Shown: piece by piece, positions 63,612-64,000 of the stretch
Position numbering within the stretch: position 1 is the first letter of the stretch
How the letters are laid out: every line of letters starts with the position of its first letter
Source of the DNA: Bdellovibrionales bacterium
GTDB taxonomy: Bacteria > Bdellovibrionota > Bdellovibrionia > Bdellovibrionales > JAKFYE01
Assembly: GCA_965206675.1 (NCBI GenBank)
Contig: CBDBKL010000003.1
Span: 113,478-177,477, forward strand
Reading direction: 5' to 3'
Length of the DNA stretch: 64,000 bases
Program-made: the position numbers and the translations under genes
Notes under the pieces: generated by a model
Seen by the model: the letters and a program-made list of their open reading frames with translations, nothing else
Database searches by the model: none
Told to the model about the DNA's origin: nothing

Positions 63612-63636
63612 AATTGTTCGGAAATTCCGAACAGTT
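63612..63636. repeat. 25-bp near-perfect palindrome
   Basis: AATTGTTCGGAAATTCCGAACAGTT. Confidence 0.7.
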
Positions 63637-63757
63637 CAAGAAGAGGATAAAACACCAACGTTTCATACAAATCAGAAAGAAAATACTTGTCAAAGCTATT
63701 TCTACTTGTTTTCGTGGTGGCTGGGGTAAGTAAACTAGAGATTCTAAAGGAAATGGA

Positions 63758-64000
63758 ATGGGTAAGAAAAGCGCATTTTTAACTTTCTACTTTTTGATCA
63801 TGTTGAACGTTATTTGGGTGCTCGGTGATGAGTCGCCATGATCGTAAACCGGCAGGTGCTGAAATTATGGGAGCAACCGGAGTCATTGATCTTCCACAAC
63901 AGACTTCTTACGCAGATAAAAGGGGTTTTGCTGATTTCGATGGAGACGGAGTTATTGATATGGTTGAGTTGGGAGGTTTTGTTAGTAGTTTTAACAAGGG
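63758..64000 (+). pseudogene. Frameshifted lipoprotein with FG-GAP/VCBS-like motif (runs off the window)
   Basis: MGKKSAFLTFYFLIML, then after one extra A at ~63806 TLFGC..GFADFDGDGVIDMV. Confidence 0.5.

Overview
AT-rich bacterial chromosome window, most likely from a Bdellovibrionota-like predator (inferred from gene content and order). From 1 to about 45.6 kb it is mostly core: htpX, bcp, engB, kdsB-pyrG-kdsD-kdsC, a complete Agl/Glt gliding-type cluster, lptC/A-lptB-rpoN, metK-lepA-lepB x2, a pilH/I-like ABC transporter, pilD, pilMNOPQ and rarA. Accessory inserts in this part are an ankyrin-SpoIID lipoprotein, an IS1595 remnant running in frame into engB, four copies of a ~125-bp palindromic repeat placed at stop codons, and a three-gene operon of unknown secreted proteins. 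A ~14-kb integrative element sits in tRNA-Ala(TGC), bounded by the 11-bp direct repeat CTCCACCAAAT (45678 and 59704). It carries XRE, Replic_Relax, Xis and tyrosine integrase genes plus a defence cargo: a type III-like Mod/Res, a base-hypermodification enzyme homolog (aGPT-Pplase1), then TIR, Nmad2, MazG+MazG-C, a small membrane protein and a second TIR. This TIR/nucleotide-modification cassette has no ThsA, thymidylate synthase or 5hmU kinase, and is the best candidate for an uncharacterised anti-phage system. BrnT/BrnA, a TAXI-SulP pair and small lipoproteins follow attR. All family calls come from motif recognition by eye; no database searches were run.
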